This document shows positions 30,031-39,443 of a stretch of DNA of 61,259 nucleotides, in pieces (position 1 is the first letter of the stretch; every line of letters begins with the position of its first letter). This stretch comes from Bryobacteraceae bacterium (GTDB taxonomy: Bacteria > Acidobacteriota > Terriglobia > Bryobacterales > Bryobacteraceae): contig DATMXS010000269.1 of NCBI GenBank assembly GCA_035561355.1, positions 1 through 61,259 of the forward strand, read 5' to 3'. The translations under genes and the position numbers were made by a program. A model generated the notes under the pieces. That model ran no database searches. It had not been told where the DNA came from and was given only the letters and a program-made list of their open reading frames with translations.

Positions 30031-31370
30031 TCGTCCGGCTGATTGCGGCTGCCGCGTTCGCCCTCCCTGCGCTTGCCGGTCTGCGAATCACGCTCGTGGA
30101 GCGTTTCGATGAGCGCATTCTCAACACCTCCGTCACGCTTCCCACGGTTGAAGCCGGCACCGTGACGGAGTTCAAGTTCCGTGTGCGCGCCACCGGCACT
30201 TCGCCCGTCAGACTAGACGGCTTCACGCTAAACGGCGCCGATTTCATCACAACGTCACCGCCGATGCCGACAGTGTCTCTCGCGCCCGGCGCTTACGTCG
30301 ATCTGGACGTCGAGTTCCGGCCGGCGGTGGCCGGCAGTTCGAGCGCGGTTCTCAGGGCCAACGATCAGACCGTCCTGGTCGTGGCGCAGGCCACTCCAGC
30401 TCCGTTCGTACGACTCGAAAACGGGGCGGCCCTGCGCGTGGGAGAGTCCGTTGATTTTGGAAAGGTCGAACTGGGCGCTCCCGCCGTAAGGCGCTTTGTG
30501 ATTGAGAACCCCACCGTGCAGGCGGTGACGATCACGCGCCTGAAGGTGGTCGGGACGGCCTTCCTTTCCCAATTGCCACCCGCGCCGTTCGACGTCGCCG
30601 CCGGGGCGTTGCAGCCCTTCGAGGTCGCTTTCGAGCCGCAGACGGAGGGCCGCCATGGGGCGACCCTTTACCTCAATTCCCGCGAGTTCGCATTTGAGGG
30701 CTCCGCGGCAATGCCGGAGGTCACCAAACCGCACATCGTGATCGAGCCGGCGGCCGTCCGATCCGGCCAGCAGGCGAAGGTCGCGGTGAAGCTCGGTGCG
30801 GCGGCGCGCTGGCCGGTGGAAGGTGTGCTCCGGATGGAGTTCTCGGGGCAGGCCGACCCCGCGGTCCGGTTCCTGTCCGGCGACGGAAAGGCGCTTGCGT
30901 TCCGGATCGCAGCGGGTGAGGACACAGCGCGATTCGGAACGTTCGCCGCGGCCGATTTTCAGGCCGGAACCACTGCGGGGCGCGTGACGTTCGCGGTGGA
31001 ACTGCAGTCCCATCGCGAGCAGGTTACGGTGGAGCTCGCTCCCGCGCCGGTCGAGTTCGATTCGGTCGCGGCCGTTCGAGCCACCTACAGCGTTGAATTG
31101 GGGTTCAGCGGCTTCGATAACACTCGTACGGCGTCCGCCCTGGCCTTCACGTTCCTGGATCGCAGCGGTCGTACCATCGGCCGGGGCGCCGTCAAGGTGG
31201 ACGCCGCGCAGGATTTTCGGCGGTATTTCGATGCCGCGACGCTCGGCGGCATCTTCTCGCTCCGTGCGGTCTTTCCGGTGCGCGGCAACGTTGCGGAGAT
31301 CGGTTCGGTTGACGTGGAGGTGGTCAACTCGCAGGGCGCGGCGCGCAGAAGTGTGACAATGTCTCAGTGA
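30027..31370 (+). CDS. secreted hypothetical protein with repeated Ig-like/ASH-like beta domains (447 aa)
   Basis: Signal peptide MIVRLIAAAAFALPALAG. ATGA overlap with the upstream gene. Repeated V..F.V.N....V.I....V.G motifs. Confidence 0.65.
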   Translation: MIVRLIAAAAFALPALAGLRITLVERFDERILNTSVTLPTVEAGTVTEFKFRVRATGTSPVRLDGFTLNGADFITTSPPMPTVSLAPGAYVDLDVEFRPAVAGSSSAVLRANDQTVLVVAQATPAPFVRLENGAALRVGESVDFGKVELGAPAVRRFVIENPTVQAVTITRLKVVGTAFLSQLPPAPFDVAAGALQPFEVAFEPQTEGRHGATLYLNSREFAFEGSAAMPEVTKPHIVIEPAAVRSGQQAKVAVKLGAAARWPVEGVLRMEFSGQADPAVRFLSGDGKALAFRIAAGEDTARFGTFAAADFQAGTTAGRVTFAVELQSHREQVTVELAPAPVEFDSVAAVRATYSVELGFSGFDNTRTASALAFTFLDRSGRTIGRGAVKVDAAQDFRRYFDAATLGGIFSLRAVFPVRGNVAEIGSVDVEVVNSQGAARRSVTMSQ

Positions 31371-32146
31371 TTCCCGTTGCCCTGACCATTGCCGGCTCTG
31401 ACCCCAGCGGGGGCGCCGGCATACAGGCCGATCTGAAGACGTTCCACCAGTTCCGCGTTTACGGTGAAGCCGTCATCACGCTGCTGACGGTCCAGAACAC
31501 GACGCGCGTTGATCGCGTCGAGACGTTATCCCCGGACCTCGTCATCGCGCAATTGCTGGCCGTCATCGAGGACATTCCTCCCGCTGCCGCGAAGACGGGA
31601 GCGCTCGGGAACCAGGCCCTTGTGGAAGCTGTGGCCGAAGAAGCCGCACGATTCGCGTTCCCGCTGGTCGTTGATCCAGTCATGATCAGCAAGCATGGCG
31701 CAGCGCTCGTTTCGGCGGAAGCCCGGCGCGCCATCGCCGAGCGGCTGATCCCGCGCGCGTACCTGGTGACTCCCAACTTGGAGGAAGCCGAGGCGCTGAC
31801 CGGGACGCCCGTCCGGACGGTTGCGGACATGCGCCGCGCGGCAGAGGCAATCGTGACGCTCGGGGCACGCGCCGCGCTCGTCAAGGGCGGTCACCTGGCG
31901 GGCATTCCTATCGACGTGCTCTTCGACGGCAGCGGGTGGCACGAGTTTTCGGGCGATCGCATCGACACCCCGAACACGCACGGTACCGGTTGCACGTATT
32001 CCGCCGCCATCGTGGCGGGCTTGGCACACGGCCTGGAGCTGAGGGCAGCCGTGGCACAGGCTAAGCGCTTTATTGATGAAGCGATCCGGACAAATCCCGG
32101 CCTGGGCCACGGCAGCGGGCCAGTGAACCATTTCGCGAGCACGTGA
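31367..32146 (+). CDS. thiD: hydroxymethylpyrimidine/phosphomethylpyrimidine kinase
   Basis: ALTIAGSDPSGGAGIQADLKTF is the N-terminus and KGGH...GTGCTYSAAI the C-terminal motif. GTG start overlapping the upstream TGA (GTGA). Confidence 0.88.
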   Translation: MIPVALTIAGSDPSGGAGIQADLKTFHQFRVYGEAVITLLTVQNTTRVDRVETLSPDLVIAQLLAVIEDIPPAAAKTGALGNQALVEAVAEEAARFAFPLVVDPVMISKHGAALVSAEARRAIAERLIPRAYLVTPNLEEAEALTGTPVRTVADMRRAAEAIVTLGARAALVKGGHLAGIPIDVLFDGSGWHEFSGDRIDTPNTHGTGCTYSAAIVAGLAHGLELRAAVAQAKRFIDEAIRTNPGLGHGSGPVNHFAST

Positions 32147-32170
32147 CAGGCTCGGCTGAGAGTAGCCGCG

Positions 32171-32950
32171 TTACGCGTTTGGCTCGAACGGCCAGTTCGC
32201 CGTGGTGCTGTACCCGCCATCTACGGCTAGAATCTGCCCTGTAATGTAGTCCGCGCCCGGGCTGGCCAGGAATACGGCGGAGGGACCGATGTCCTCGCCG
32301 CTCCCCATCTTCGGGTTCGCCTGCGCACCGTTCAGCCAGTTCTTGAGGACCGGCTGCTGCCACATGTCGCGGTTCAGGTCGGTCAGGATGAAGCCGGGGG
32401 CGATGCAGTTCACCTGGATGTTGTGCCGGCCCCACTCAGCGGCCAGAATCCGCGTGAGCCCCCACAGGGCGCTCTTGGTGATGCCGTACACCGAGAGGTA
32501 AGGCAGCCCGAGGACCGACATCATGCTTCCGATGAAGATGACTTTGCCACCTTTGCCCCGCTCGATCATTTTCTTTCCGACCAACTGTGTCAGTTCGAAA
32601 ATGCCGTGGAGGTTGGTCTGGAGCACACGGTCGTACTCCTCTCTCGTATACGTCTCGAACTTCTTGCGGAGGTTGATGCCGGCGCAGTTCAGAAGAATAT
32701 CCACGTCGGGCAGCGCCGCCGCACACTCCTGAATCGATGCCGAATTGGCGACATCGAGCTTCGCCGCCTCGGCCTGGAAGCCCTCATCCCGCAGCTTCGC
32801 GGCTTCGCCTTCGAGCGCTTTCATATCGCGCGAGGCGAGAATCGTCCGTGCGCCGGCCTGCGCGAATGAACGTGCGCACGCGAGGCCGATGCCGCGGCTC
32901 GCGCCCGCAACCAGGGCCGTCTTGCCGTCGAGAGAAAACGGATTCTTCAC
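32171..32950 (-). CDS. SDR-family oxidoreductase (gluconate 5-dehydrogenase-like)
   Basis: TGASRGIG Rossmann motif, NAG, and the YxxxK catalytic dyad (YGITKSAL). 259 aa. Confidence 0.88.
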   Translation of the reverse strand: MKNPFSLDGKTALVAGASRGIGLACARSFAQAGARTILASRDMKALEGEAAKLRDEGFQAEAAKLDVANSASIQECAAALPDVDILLNCAGINLRKKFETYTREEYDRVLQTNLHGIFELTQLVGKKMIERGKGGKVIFIGSMMSVLGLPYLSVYGITKSALWGLTRILAAEWGRHNIQVNCIAPGFILTDLNRDMWQQPVLKNWLNGAQANPKMGSGEDIGPSAVFLASPGADYITGQILAVDGGYSTTANWPFEPNA

Positions 32951-33729
32951 GCCAGCACCCCAGCGGGAACGCCTTGCATTATGTGTGTCATTGCCTTTAG
33001 AAGATCGCGCGGTGTTACGGCAGCGTCCGTCACTTCATTGCCATAACGGTCTGTTGCGCCGATGACGCGCCCTCCGGCGAGCCCGGCTCCGGCCACCACG
33101 GCCGACCACGCACCGGAGTGGTGATCGCGCCCTCCGGCTTCGTTCACCGCCGGCGTGCGTCCGAACTCGCCCGTCATCACCACGAGTGTCGTCGCGAGCA
33201 GCCCGCTTGCGTCGAGGTCGTCGATGAGCGCCGAGAATGCACGGTCGAGCTCCGGGAGCAGTTCGTCCCGCAGTCGCGGGAAGTTATCCCGGTGCGTGTC
33301 CCAGCGAAGGCGACCCCCCGAGACCGTCACCTGGCTTGCGCCTGCGGCGATCATGCGCCGGGCCTTCAGAAATTCGCGGCCCATCGGCGTTGCGCCATAG
33401 CGCGAATCCGCCAGGCCGGCTACCGCCACCATCGCCGTTGCGGTTGGCCTCAGGATAGCGCTGGCGCGTTCGTGGTTTGTATCGCCCGAGCACATCGAGC
33501 GAACGATGGTGTATTTGTGGGCAAGCCGCGCCGTCAGGGGCAGATGCTCGCAGATGTGGATGCCGGGCACGCTGGTCCGGATCGCGCGGAAGGGGGAGGA
33601 AGCGGCCTTGGGGTCGAAGCTATCGACATGGCTCGCGCCCCCGTCCAGCCGGATCAAGATCGACGACCGTGCCGCGCGCGCACCTACCACGGCCGCCCCG
33701 GCTACGGACAGAAAATCACGCCTCAGCAT
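32947..33729 (-). CDS. DUF1501-family protein with twin-arginine signal (compact form)
   Basis: MLRRDFLSVAGAAVVGA is the Tat motif. The DGGASHVDSFDPK and DHHSGAWSAVVAGAGLAGGRVIGATD motifs are characteristic of DUF1501. ATGA coupling with the SDR gene. Start chosen at the Met preceding RRDFL. Confidence 0.65.
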   Translation of the reverse strand: MLRRDFLSVAGAAVVGARAARSSILIRLDGGASHVDSFDPKAASSPFRAIRTSVPGIHICEHLPLTARLAHKYTIVRSMCSGDTNHERASAILRPTATAMVAVAGLADSRYGATPMGREFLKARRMIAAGASQVTVSGGRLRWDTHRDNFPRLRDELLPELDRAFSALIDDLDASGLLATTLVVMTGEFGRTPAVNEAGGRDHHSGAWSAVVAGAGLAGGRVIGATDRYGNEVTDAAVTPRDLLKAMTHIMQGVPAGVLA

Positions 33730-33757
33730 CACATCGGAATTGTATAAGATTTGGACC

Positions 33758-34441
33758 ATGGGCACGTGCGGGATTAGTAGGGGGTGCGGGTTCGGGCTTG
33801 TGTGTGCGGTTATTGCCGGCTTGCTGATCGCGGGACCGGCGGCCGGGCAGAGAAGGGACGAGCCGCGCGGGAAGGCGGGCGAGTTTGATTTCTACGTCCT
33901 CGCGCTTTCGTGGTCGCCCGAGTTCTGCTCGGATGCTCGCAGCCGCAATAACCAGGAACAGTGCGGTGAAGCACGCCGTTTCGCGTTCGTCGTGCACGGG
34001 CTCTGGCCGCAGTATCAGAAGGGCTGGCCGCAGTTCTGCCCGACCGGCGCGCATGTGCAGGCCGCTACGATAGACCGCACGCTTCCGATCATGCCGAGCA
34101 AGAGTCTCATTCGCCATGCGTGGGAGAAGCACGGCTCGTGCTCCGGCCTGGCCCCTGACCGGTACTTCTCCGCGACTCTCAGAGCCTTCAACGCCGTTCG
34201 CATACCCGCAATCTTCCGTCAGCCTTTGGCCCAGATCACTCACCGGCCCGCGGGAATCTATGAGGCGTTTGCGAAAGCAAACCCGGATCCAGGTGAGGCC
34301 GCCTTCCGACTTCAGTGCCGGGGCCGGTTTCTCACCGAGATGTGGGTCTGCATGGACAAGGACCTTAAACCGATCGCTTGCCCCCGGTCGCTCCGCGATA
34401 ACTGCCGTGCTCCGGAGATCATCGCCCGCCCGGTTCGCTGA
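33758..34441 (+). CDS. ribonuclease T2 family protein (secreted)
   Basis: CAS I FVVHGLWPQ and CAS II WEKHGSCS active-site motifs. N-terminal signal/TM present. Internal start within ORF 33506..34441. Confidence 0.85.
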   Translation: MGTCGISRGCGFGLVCAVIAGLLIAGPAAGQRRDEPRGKAGEFDFYVLALSWSPEFCSDARSRNNQEQCGEARRFAFVVHGLWPQYQKGWPQFCPTGAHVQAATIDRTLPIMPSKSLIRHAWEKHGSCSGLAPDRYFSATLRAFNAVRIPAIFRQPLAQITHRPAGIYEAFAKANPDPGEAAFRLQCRGRFLTEMWVCMDKDLKPIACPRSLRDNCRAPEIIARPVR

Positions 34442-34518
34442 GGTGGCATCGAAGAACCAGCGGTGACATTGACTTGGCCTCATCGAGTGGCATAGACTCA
34501 CGCCACGAGGTGACGCTT

Positions 34519-35097
34519 ATGCCTGGTTGGCTGGCTGAGCTGTCTGCGTTTACGGCTTTTCTCGGGATCGCCGGGGTTGGGTTCTGCTTCCTGCTGATCT
34601 CGCTGATTTTCGGCGAGATCTTCGAGCATTTCGACGGCGCCGATGGCGGCATGGATCACGACCTCGGGCACGGCGGCCCGGGCTTTCTCAGCACCCGCGT
34701 CATCGCTGTCTTTGTGACCGCGTTCGGGGGCTTCGGGGCGGTCGCGACCAACTACGGGCTTGGCCCGCTTCCCGCTTCCGGCGTAGGCTTCGCAAGCGGC
34801 GTTTTCTTTGCCAGCCTCATCTATGCATTCGCGCGCTTCCTCTGGTCGCAGCAGGCCACCTCGGAGACCCGTACGGCGGATCTGGTAGGGCAGACGGCGC
34901 GGGTTATCATCGGCATACCGGCCGGCGGAGTCGGTCAGGTGCGCTGCCAGCTCGGCGAGCAGCTCGTGGACAAGATTGCACGCGCAAGTGGTGACGAGGC
35001 GATCCCAGAAAACGCCGTCGTCCGCATTGAACAGGTTCTTGGCGAAACCGTGCTCGTGACGCGCGCCGGACGCGCGCAAGCAACGGCACGCGAGTAG
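34519..35097 (+). CDS. nfeD: NfeD-family membrane protein (flotillin-associated, OB-fold C-terminus)
   Basis: Three N-terminal TM helices, then a beta-rich C-terminus (GQTARVIIGIPAGGVGQVRCQLGEQLV). Immediately upstream of a flotillin gene. Start within ORF 34474..35097. Confidence 0.75.
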   Translation: MPGWLAELSAFTAFLGIAGVGFCFLLISLIFGEIFEHFDGADGGMDHDLGHGGPGFLSTRVIAVFVTAFGGFGAVATNYGLGPLPASGVGFASGVFFASLIYAFARFLWSQQATSETRTADLVGQTARVIIGIPAGGVGQVRCQLGEQLVDKIARASGDEAIPENAVVRIEQVLGETVLVTRAGRAQATARE

Positions 35098-35117
35098 TCC
35101 TCATTCGGAGGTCTGTC

Positions 35118-36764
35118 ATGGATCCACTCGTATCTGAAAGCTCACGGCTGATGTTGCCGTTGATTGTGCTTGCGGTTGGCCTGGCGCTGCTCATCGCCGC
35201 CTGGCTGTTCAGCCGCAATTACCTCAAAGTCGCGCCCAATGTCGTCGCCGTCCTGAGCGGCCGCAAGCGCAAGCTGTCCGACGGACGCGTCGTCGGGTAC
35301 CGCATGGTGAAAGGCGGCGCGGCGCTGAAGTTCCCGCTACTCGAAAAGGTGGATTACCTCTCGCTGAACGTGATGACTATCCCGCTCGAGATCAAGCGCG
35401 CCTATACCGGAAAGGGCGTGCCGGTCTGCGTGAAGGCAGTCGCGAACGTGAAGATCCGCAGCGACGATATGTCGCTCCAGGCCGCGGCGGAGCGCTTCCT
35501 GGGCATGACGCACGACCAGATGCAGCGCGTGATCTTCCAGACACTCGAAGGCCACCTGCGGTCTATCCTCGGAACGCTCACAGTCGAAGAGATCAACTGC
35601 GACCGCCAGAGCTTCGCGCAGAAGCTTACCAGCGAAGCCGCGGCGGATCTCGAAAAGATGGGCCTGGGGGTGGACGTCCTGACGATTCAGGAGATCAGCG
35701 ACGAGGAGGGCTACCTCGACGCGCTCGGCAAGCGCCGCACCGCCGAAGTGAAGCGCGATGCAACCATCGGCGAGGCCGAGGCCACGCGCGACGCGAAGAT
35801 CAAGTCCTCGGTAGCGCTTCAGGAAGGCGAGCAGGCCAAGTTCGCGGCCGACGCGGAGATTGCGCTCGCCCGCCGCGACTTCTCCATCCGGCAGGCGCAG
35901 TACGAAGCCGAGGTCGAGACGCAGCACGCTCGCGCCAAGCAAGCCGGACCGCTCGCCGAAGCGCAGGCGCGGCAGGCGGTCATCGCCGAGGAAGTGAAGG
36001 TGGAGCGCACGCGCGTCCAGGAGAACATCTCGGTCCAGGAGCAGGAGGTGCTCCGAAGGCAGAAGGAACTCGACGCGACTGTCATCAAGCCCGCCGTTGC
36101 GGAACGGGAGGCGCAGGTAACCCGTGCAGAAGCGTCCCAACGGGCGGCCATTCTGAAGGCCGACGGCGAACGTGCCGCGATGATCGCAATGGCGCAGGCG
36201 CAGCAGCAGAAGCTCACGCAGGAAGGTCTCGGGCGCGCAGCCGCGGTTGAGGCCGAAGGTAAAGCCGAAGCTTTCAGAATCGAGGTCCAAGGTAAGGCCG
36301 AGGCGTCCAAGGTCGAGGCGATCGGTCTTGCGCAGGCCAAAGCCATCGAAGCCCAGGGTGTCGCCGAAGCCGCGGCGATTCTGCGGAAAGCGGAAGCGTG
36401 GAAGGAGTTCAACGAGGCCGCGCGGCTCCAGACCATCCTTGAAAAGCTGCCCGCGATTATTCAGGCGTCCACGGGGGTGTTCGGTGCGGTTGCGGCGCCG
36501 ATGGGCAACATCGACAAGATTGTCGTGATCGACCAGGGCGGCGGCGACGGCTCCTCGAGCGGCGTGACGCGCCTTGCGAAAGCCGGGCCTTCGGTTGTCT
36601 TCGGGCTCTTGCAGCAACTCGAGGCCCTCGGGTTGAATGTGCCGGCGATGGTGGCGCAGCTCGGGCTGGGGCAATCAGGACAGAAGATTGAGGTTGAGGA
36701 AGTCGCGAAGGCGGCGGCGAACGCGGCGGCTAATGCTGCCGCGGCCCACAGGGCTGGTTCATGA
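35118..36764 (+). CDS. floT: flotillin-family SPFH/band-7 protein (FloT/YuaG-like)
   Basis: 548 aa. N-terminal TM, SPFH domain, and a long Ala/Glu/Gln-rich coiled-coil region (EAEVETQHARAKQAGPLAEAQARQAVIAEE...). Confidence 0.88.
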   Translation: MDPLVSESSRLMLPLIVLAVGLALLIAAWLFSRNYLKVAPNVVAVLSGRKRKLSDGRVVGYRMVKGGAALKFPLLEKVDYLSLNVMTIPLEIKRAYTGKGVPVCVKAVANVKIRSDDMSLQAAAERFLGMTHDQMQRVIFQTLEGHLRSILGTLTVEEINCDRQSFAQKLTSEAAADLEKMGLGVDVLTIQEISDEEGYLDALGKRRTAEVKRDATIGEAEATRDAKIKSSVALQEGEQAKFAADAEIALARRDFSIRQAQYEAEVETQHARAKQAGPLAEAQARQAVIAEEVKVERTRVQENISVQEQEVLRRQKELDATVIKPAVAEREAQVTRAEASQRAAILKADGERAAMIAMAQAQQQKLTQEGLGRAAAVEAEGKAEAFRIEVQGKAEASKVEAIGLAQAKAIEAQGVAEAAAILRKAEAWKEFNEAARLQTILEKLPAIIQASTGVFGAVAAPMGNIDKIVVIDQGGGDGSSSGVTRLAKAGPSVVFGLLQQLEALGLNVPAMVAQLGLGQSGQKIEVEEVAKAAANAAANAAAAHRAGS

Positions 36765-37177
36765 CGATCGAGGGTGGTGTCCTGGTCATCCACTGCGCCG
36801 ACCCTCGTTATCAGGGCGCGTTCCACGATTTTCTCCGCCGGGACTTGAACCTGGAGCATTACGCCCTGGTCGCGGTTCCCGGTGGACCGCAGTTCCTGAC
36901 CACCGCGGAATACCTGCCGAAATTCGCATGGACAGGTTGGCGGTGGATGAAGTTTCTTGGCAAGCTGAGTCCGGTGAGCAGAGTGGTCCTCATCGCGCAT
37001 GACGATTGCCGCTGGTATTACGAGATGAGACTGTTCCAAGGCGCCGTCCCGAAGCAGAAGCAGGTAGAGGACCTCCATCAGGTCGCGTCGGCGTGCAAGG
37101 AGCGGTTTGAATCGGCCAAGGTGGAGTGCTGGTTCGCGCGGCTCGAAGGCGGGCGCGCGACCTTCGAATCCGTATGA
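36761..37177 (+). CDS. hypothetical Cys/His-rich protein (138 aa), translationally coupled to flotillin
   Basis: ATGA overlap with the floT stop. VLVIHCADPRY...LIAHDDCRWYYE...ACKERF...VECWF. No family recognised. Confidence 0.5.
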   Translation: MTIEGGVLVIHCADPRYQGAFHDFLRRDLNLEHYALVAVPGGPQFLTTAEYLPKFAWTGWRWMKFLGKLSPVSRVVLIAHDDCRWYYEMRLFQGAVPKQKQVEDLHQVASACKERFESAKVECWFARLEGGRATFESV

Positions 37178-38082
37178 CGACTCGACGTGAGTTCCTGTTT
37201 GCCGCCGCGGCGGCTGCGTCTGTGAAGCTATCGAATAGCTGGCTGGTGCACGAGCACGTGCTCGTGGATTTCGGCGGCGTCGTGGCGCCCGGGTCGTACG
37301 ACCCCGGAGAGGTGTTCCGGCTGGCGCTTCCGAAGCTTCAGGACGCTAAGGCGCTAGGCTGCCGCCGCTTCCTGGATTGCACGCCCGCGCACCTCGGCCG
37401 CAATCCGGGGCTGTTACAGCGGCTGGAGGATGCGTCCGGGGTCGAGATCTGGACGAATACCGGTATATACGGGGCGGCCGATCGCAAGGGAGTGCCGCCC
37501 TACGCCCGAACCTCCGGCCACGACGTGCTTGCAGGCATGTTCATTTCCGAATGGACCAAAGGCGTCAGCGGCGCGAAGCCGCGTTTCATCAAGACCGCGG
37601 TCGCCAATGCCAAGCTCGACGAGTTGGACCGCAAGCTGGTGCGCGCCGCCGCCATCGCATCGCGCGAGACCGGATTGACCATCGCGTCCCACACCGGCGC
37701 GGGCACGGCCGCGATCGAGGAACTCGAGATTCTGGATGCGGAGAAGGTGCGCCCTGAGAAGTTTGTCTGGGTGCACGCGAACAGCGAGAAGGACCACGCG
37801 TATCACGAGAAGGTCGCGCGCGCCGGTGCATGGGTGGAGTTCGACGGTTTCAGGGAAGGGAAGTCCGACTGGCAGCTTGAATGCGTCCGATGGATGGCGT
37901 CTAACGACTTACTCGAGAAGACGCTCATCGCGACCGACTCAGGCTGGTACAACGTAGGCCAACCGAACGGCGGCAACTTCGAAGGCTACACCTACATTTA
38001 CACCGGCTTCCTGCCGCAGCTAGATGCGAAGTGGCACAAGAAGCTGATGGTGGACAATCCGGAGAGGGCGTTCGGGAAATAG
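37174..38082 (+). CDS. phosphotriesterase-family (PTE/Php) metal-dependent hydrolase with Tat signal
   Basis: MTTRREFLFAAAAAAS is the Tat signal. PTE metal ligands are present: HEHVLVDF (HxH), FIKTAVA (Lys), ASHTGAG (His), VWVHAN (His) and IATDSGW (Asp). ATGA overlap with the upstream gene. Confidence 0.8.
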   Translation: MTTRREFLFAAAAAASVKLSNSWLVHEHVLVDFGGVVAPGSYDPGEVFRLALPKLQDAKALGCRRFLDCTPAHLGRNPGLLQRLEDASGVEIWTNTGIYGAADRKGVPPYARTSGHDVLAGMFISEWTKGVSGAKPRFIKTAVANAKLDELDRKLVRAAAIASRETGLTIASHTGAGTAAIEELEILDAEKVRPEKFVWVHANSEKDHAYHEKVARAGAWVEFDGFREGKSDWQLECVRWMASNDLLEKTLIATDSGWYNVGQPNGGNFEGYTYIYTGFLPQLDAKWHKKLMVDNPERAFGK

Positions 38083-38087
38083 GGCAG

Positions 38088-38972
38088 CTAGCTTTTCAGA
38101 TCTTTGAACGCCGCCTCAATCTCCTGTTTCGCGGCCGGCGACGGCACGGTCAGCGGCAGGCGCGGCGGGCCGCCGTAATAACCGTTGAGGTCCATCGCGT
38201 ACTTCAGGCCTGGGATGCCGTGCTTTGTGGTGACGAGCACCGCGGCTTGGGCTATGCGGTTCTGCCAGTCGCGGGCGGCTTCGTATTCGCGGGTCCGGAC
38301 GGCTTCATAGAGCGCGATCGTCGAATACGGCGCTGCGTTGGCGTAGGCGAGCACCGCTCCCACCGCTCCCACCATGAATGACGGCCACAGCGTCGGGGCC
38401 GAGCCCACCAGAACGTTGAAGCCGGCCTTCGACTCGCGGACGATCTTCATCGTCTTCTCGATGTTTCCCGAGCTTTCCTTGATGCCGGTGATGTTCGGGT
38501 GATGGGAGAGTTCGATGACCGCCTCCGCCGAAATGTCGAGCGCCGTCGCCTGCGGCCAGTTGTAGATGATCAGCGGGATCTTCGCCTGATCCGCTACCGC
38601 GCGGTAGTAGAGCATCTGGGCCGCGGGGTTGTTCAGGAGGTTTTTGTAGTAGTGCGGCGTGCGCACCATCGCGGCCTTGTAGCCCATGTCTGCGGCGGCA
38701 TTCGTCAGGCACACCGTTTCACGCACGCTCTCAACGCCAGTCCCGGCGATAAGCAGTTTCTCGGGCGCGGCGCACTCGGCGATCAGCGCCCACAGTTCCA
38801 GCTTTTCCTGGGCCGTGAGCATGACGCTCTCGCCAGTGGAGCCGCCGACCACGTATCCGGAAAGGCCGGTCAGGTTCCACTTGTCGATGTTGTGGCGGAC
38901 TTTCGCCTTATAGACGTTTCCTTCGTGGTCGAACGGGGTGGTGATGGGAGGGTAGATGCCGTGAAGTTTCAT
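38088..38972 (-). CDS. dihydrodipicolinate synthase/N-acetylneuraminate lyase family protein
   Basis: GIYPPITTPF...GYVVGGSTGE...ITGIKESSG (Schiff-base Lys). ~294 aa. Confidence 0.82.
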   Translation of the reverse strand: MKLHGIYPPITTPFDHEGNVYKAKVRHNIDKWNLTGLSGYVVGGSTGESVMLTAQEKLELWALIAECAAPEKLLIAGTGVESVRETVCLTNAAADMGYKAAMVRTPHYYKNLLNNPAAQMLYYRAVADQAKIPLIIYNWPQATALDISAEAVIELSHHPNITGIKESSGNIEKTMKIVRESKAGFNVLVGSAPTLWPSFMVGAVGAVLAYANAAPYSTIALYEAVRTREYEAARDWQNRIAQAAVLVTTKHGIPGLKYAMDLNGYYGGPPRLPLTVPSPAAKQEIEAAFKDLKS

Positions 38973-39033
38973 TTGAAAACGCAAAAGAGGGGCAGCGCCC
39001 TGAAGCGCCGCCCCTCCGGTTGAACTGCGAGTA

Positions 39034-39342
39034 TTACGCGACCTTCAAGATGATGATCACCAGCGTGTAGAGCGCCAGCGACTCGATCAGCACGAGGCCG
39101 AGAATGAGTGCGAACCGGATGGAAGCGGCAGCGCCGGGGTTCCGGCCCATGCCCTCGCAGGCGGCAGCGATCGCCCTCGCCTGAGCCAGGCCACAGAGGC
39201 CGGAGGCGATTGCCATCGAGAAACCGGACGAAATCCAGATCCAGTGATTGTTGGGCGCCGCAGCGGGGGATGCCCCCTGGGCGAACATCGGGCTCGCGAA
39301 CACCATCAGCGCGAGCATCAGAAGGAACAGCCGAGCCTTCAT
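39034..39342 (-). CDS. atpE: ATP synthase F0 subunit c with an N-terminal signal-peptide-like extension
   Basis: MKARLFLLMLALMVFASPMFAQG, then a c-subunit hairpin ...GLCGLAQARAIAAACEGMGRNP...LILGLVLIESLALYTLVIIIL with the conserved Glu. Confidence 0.8.
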   Translation of the reverse strand: MKARLFLLMLALMVFASPMFAQGASPAAAPNNHWIWISSGFSMAIASGLCGLAQARAIAAACEGMGRNPGAAASIRFALILGLVLIESLALYTLVIIILKVA

Positions 39343-39443
39343 ATTGCTTTTTCTCCTTGCCGTATGAAAAGGCCCTCGGGAGGTGGTTCCCGTCATCCTC
39401 TTACAGCCGGTCTCACACCGAGGGCACGAAAATGCCGTTATAA

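Noticed and set aside
35337-36674. 445-aa minus-strand ORF
   Set aside because: Antisense to the flotillin gene. Its translation has no coherent composition or motifs.
36761-37177. Assigning the 138-aa Cys/His protein to rhodanese or beta-carbonic anhydrase
   Set aside because: It lacks the CSDSR/HxxCG (beta-CA) or CxxGxR (rhodanese) spacing. Left as hypothetical.
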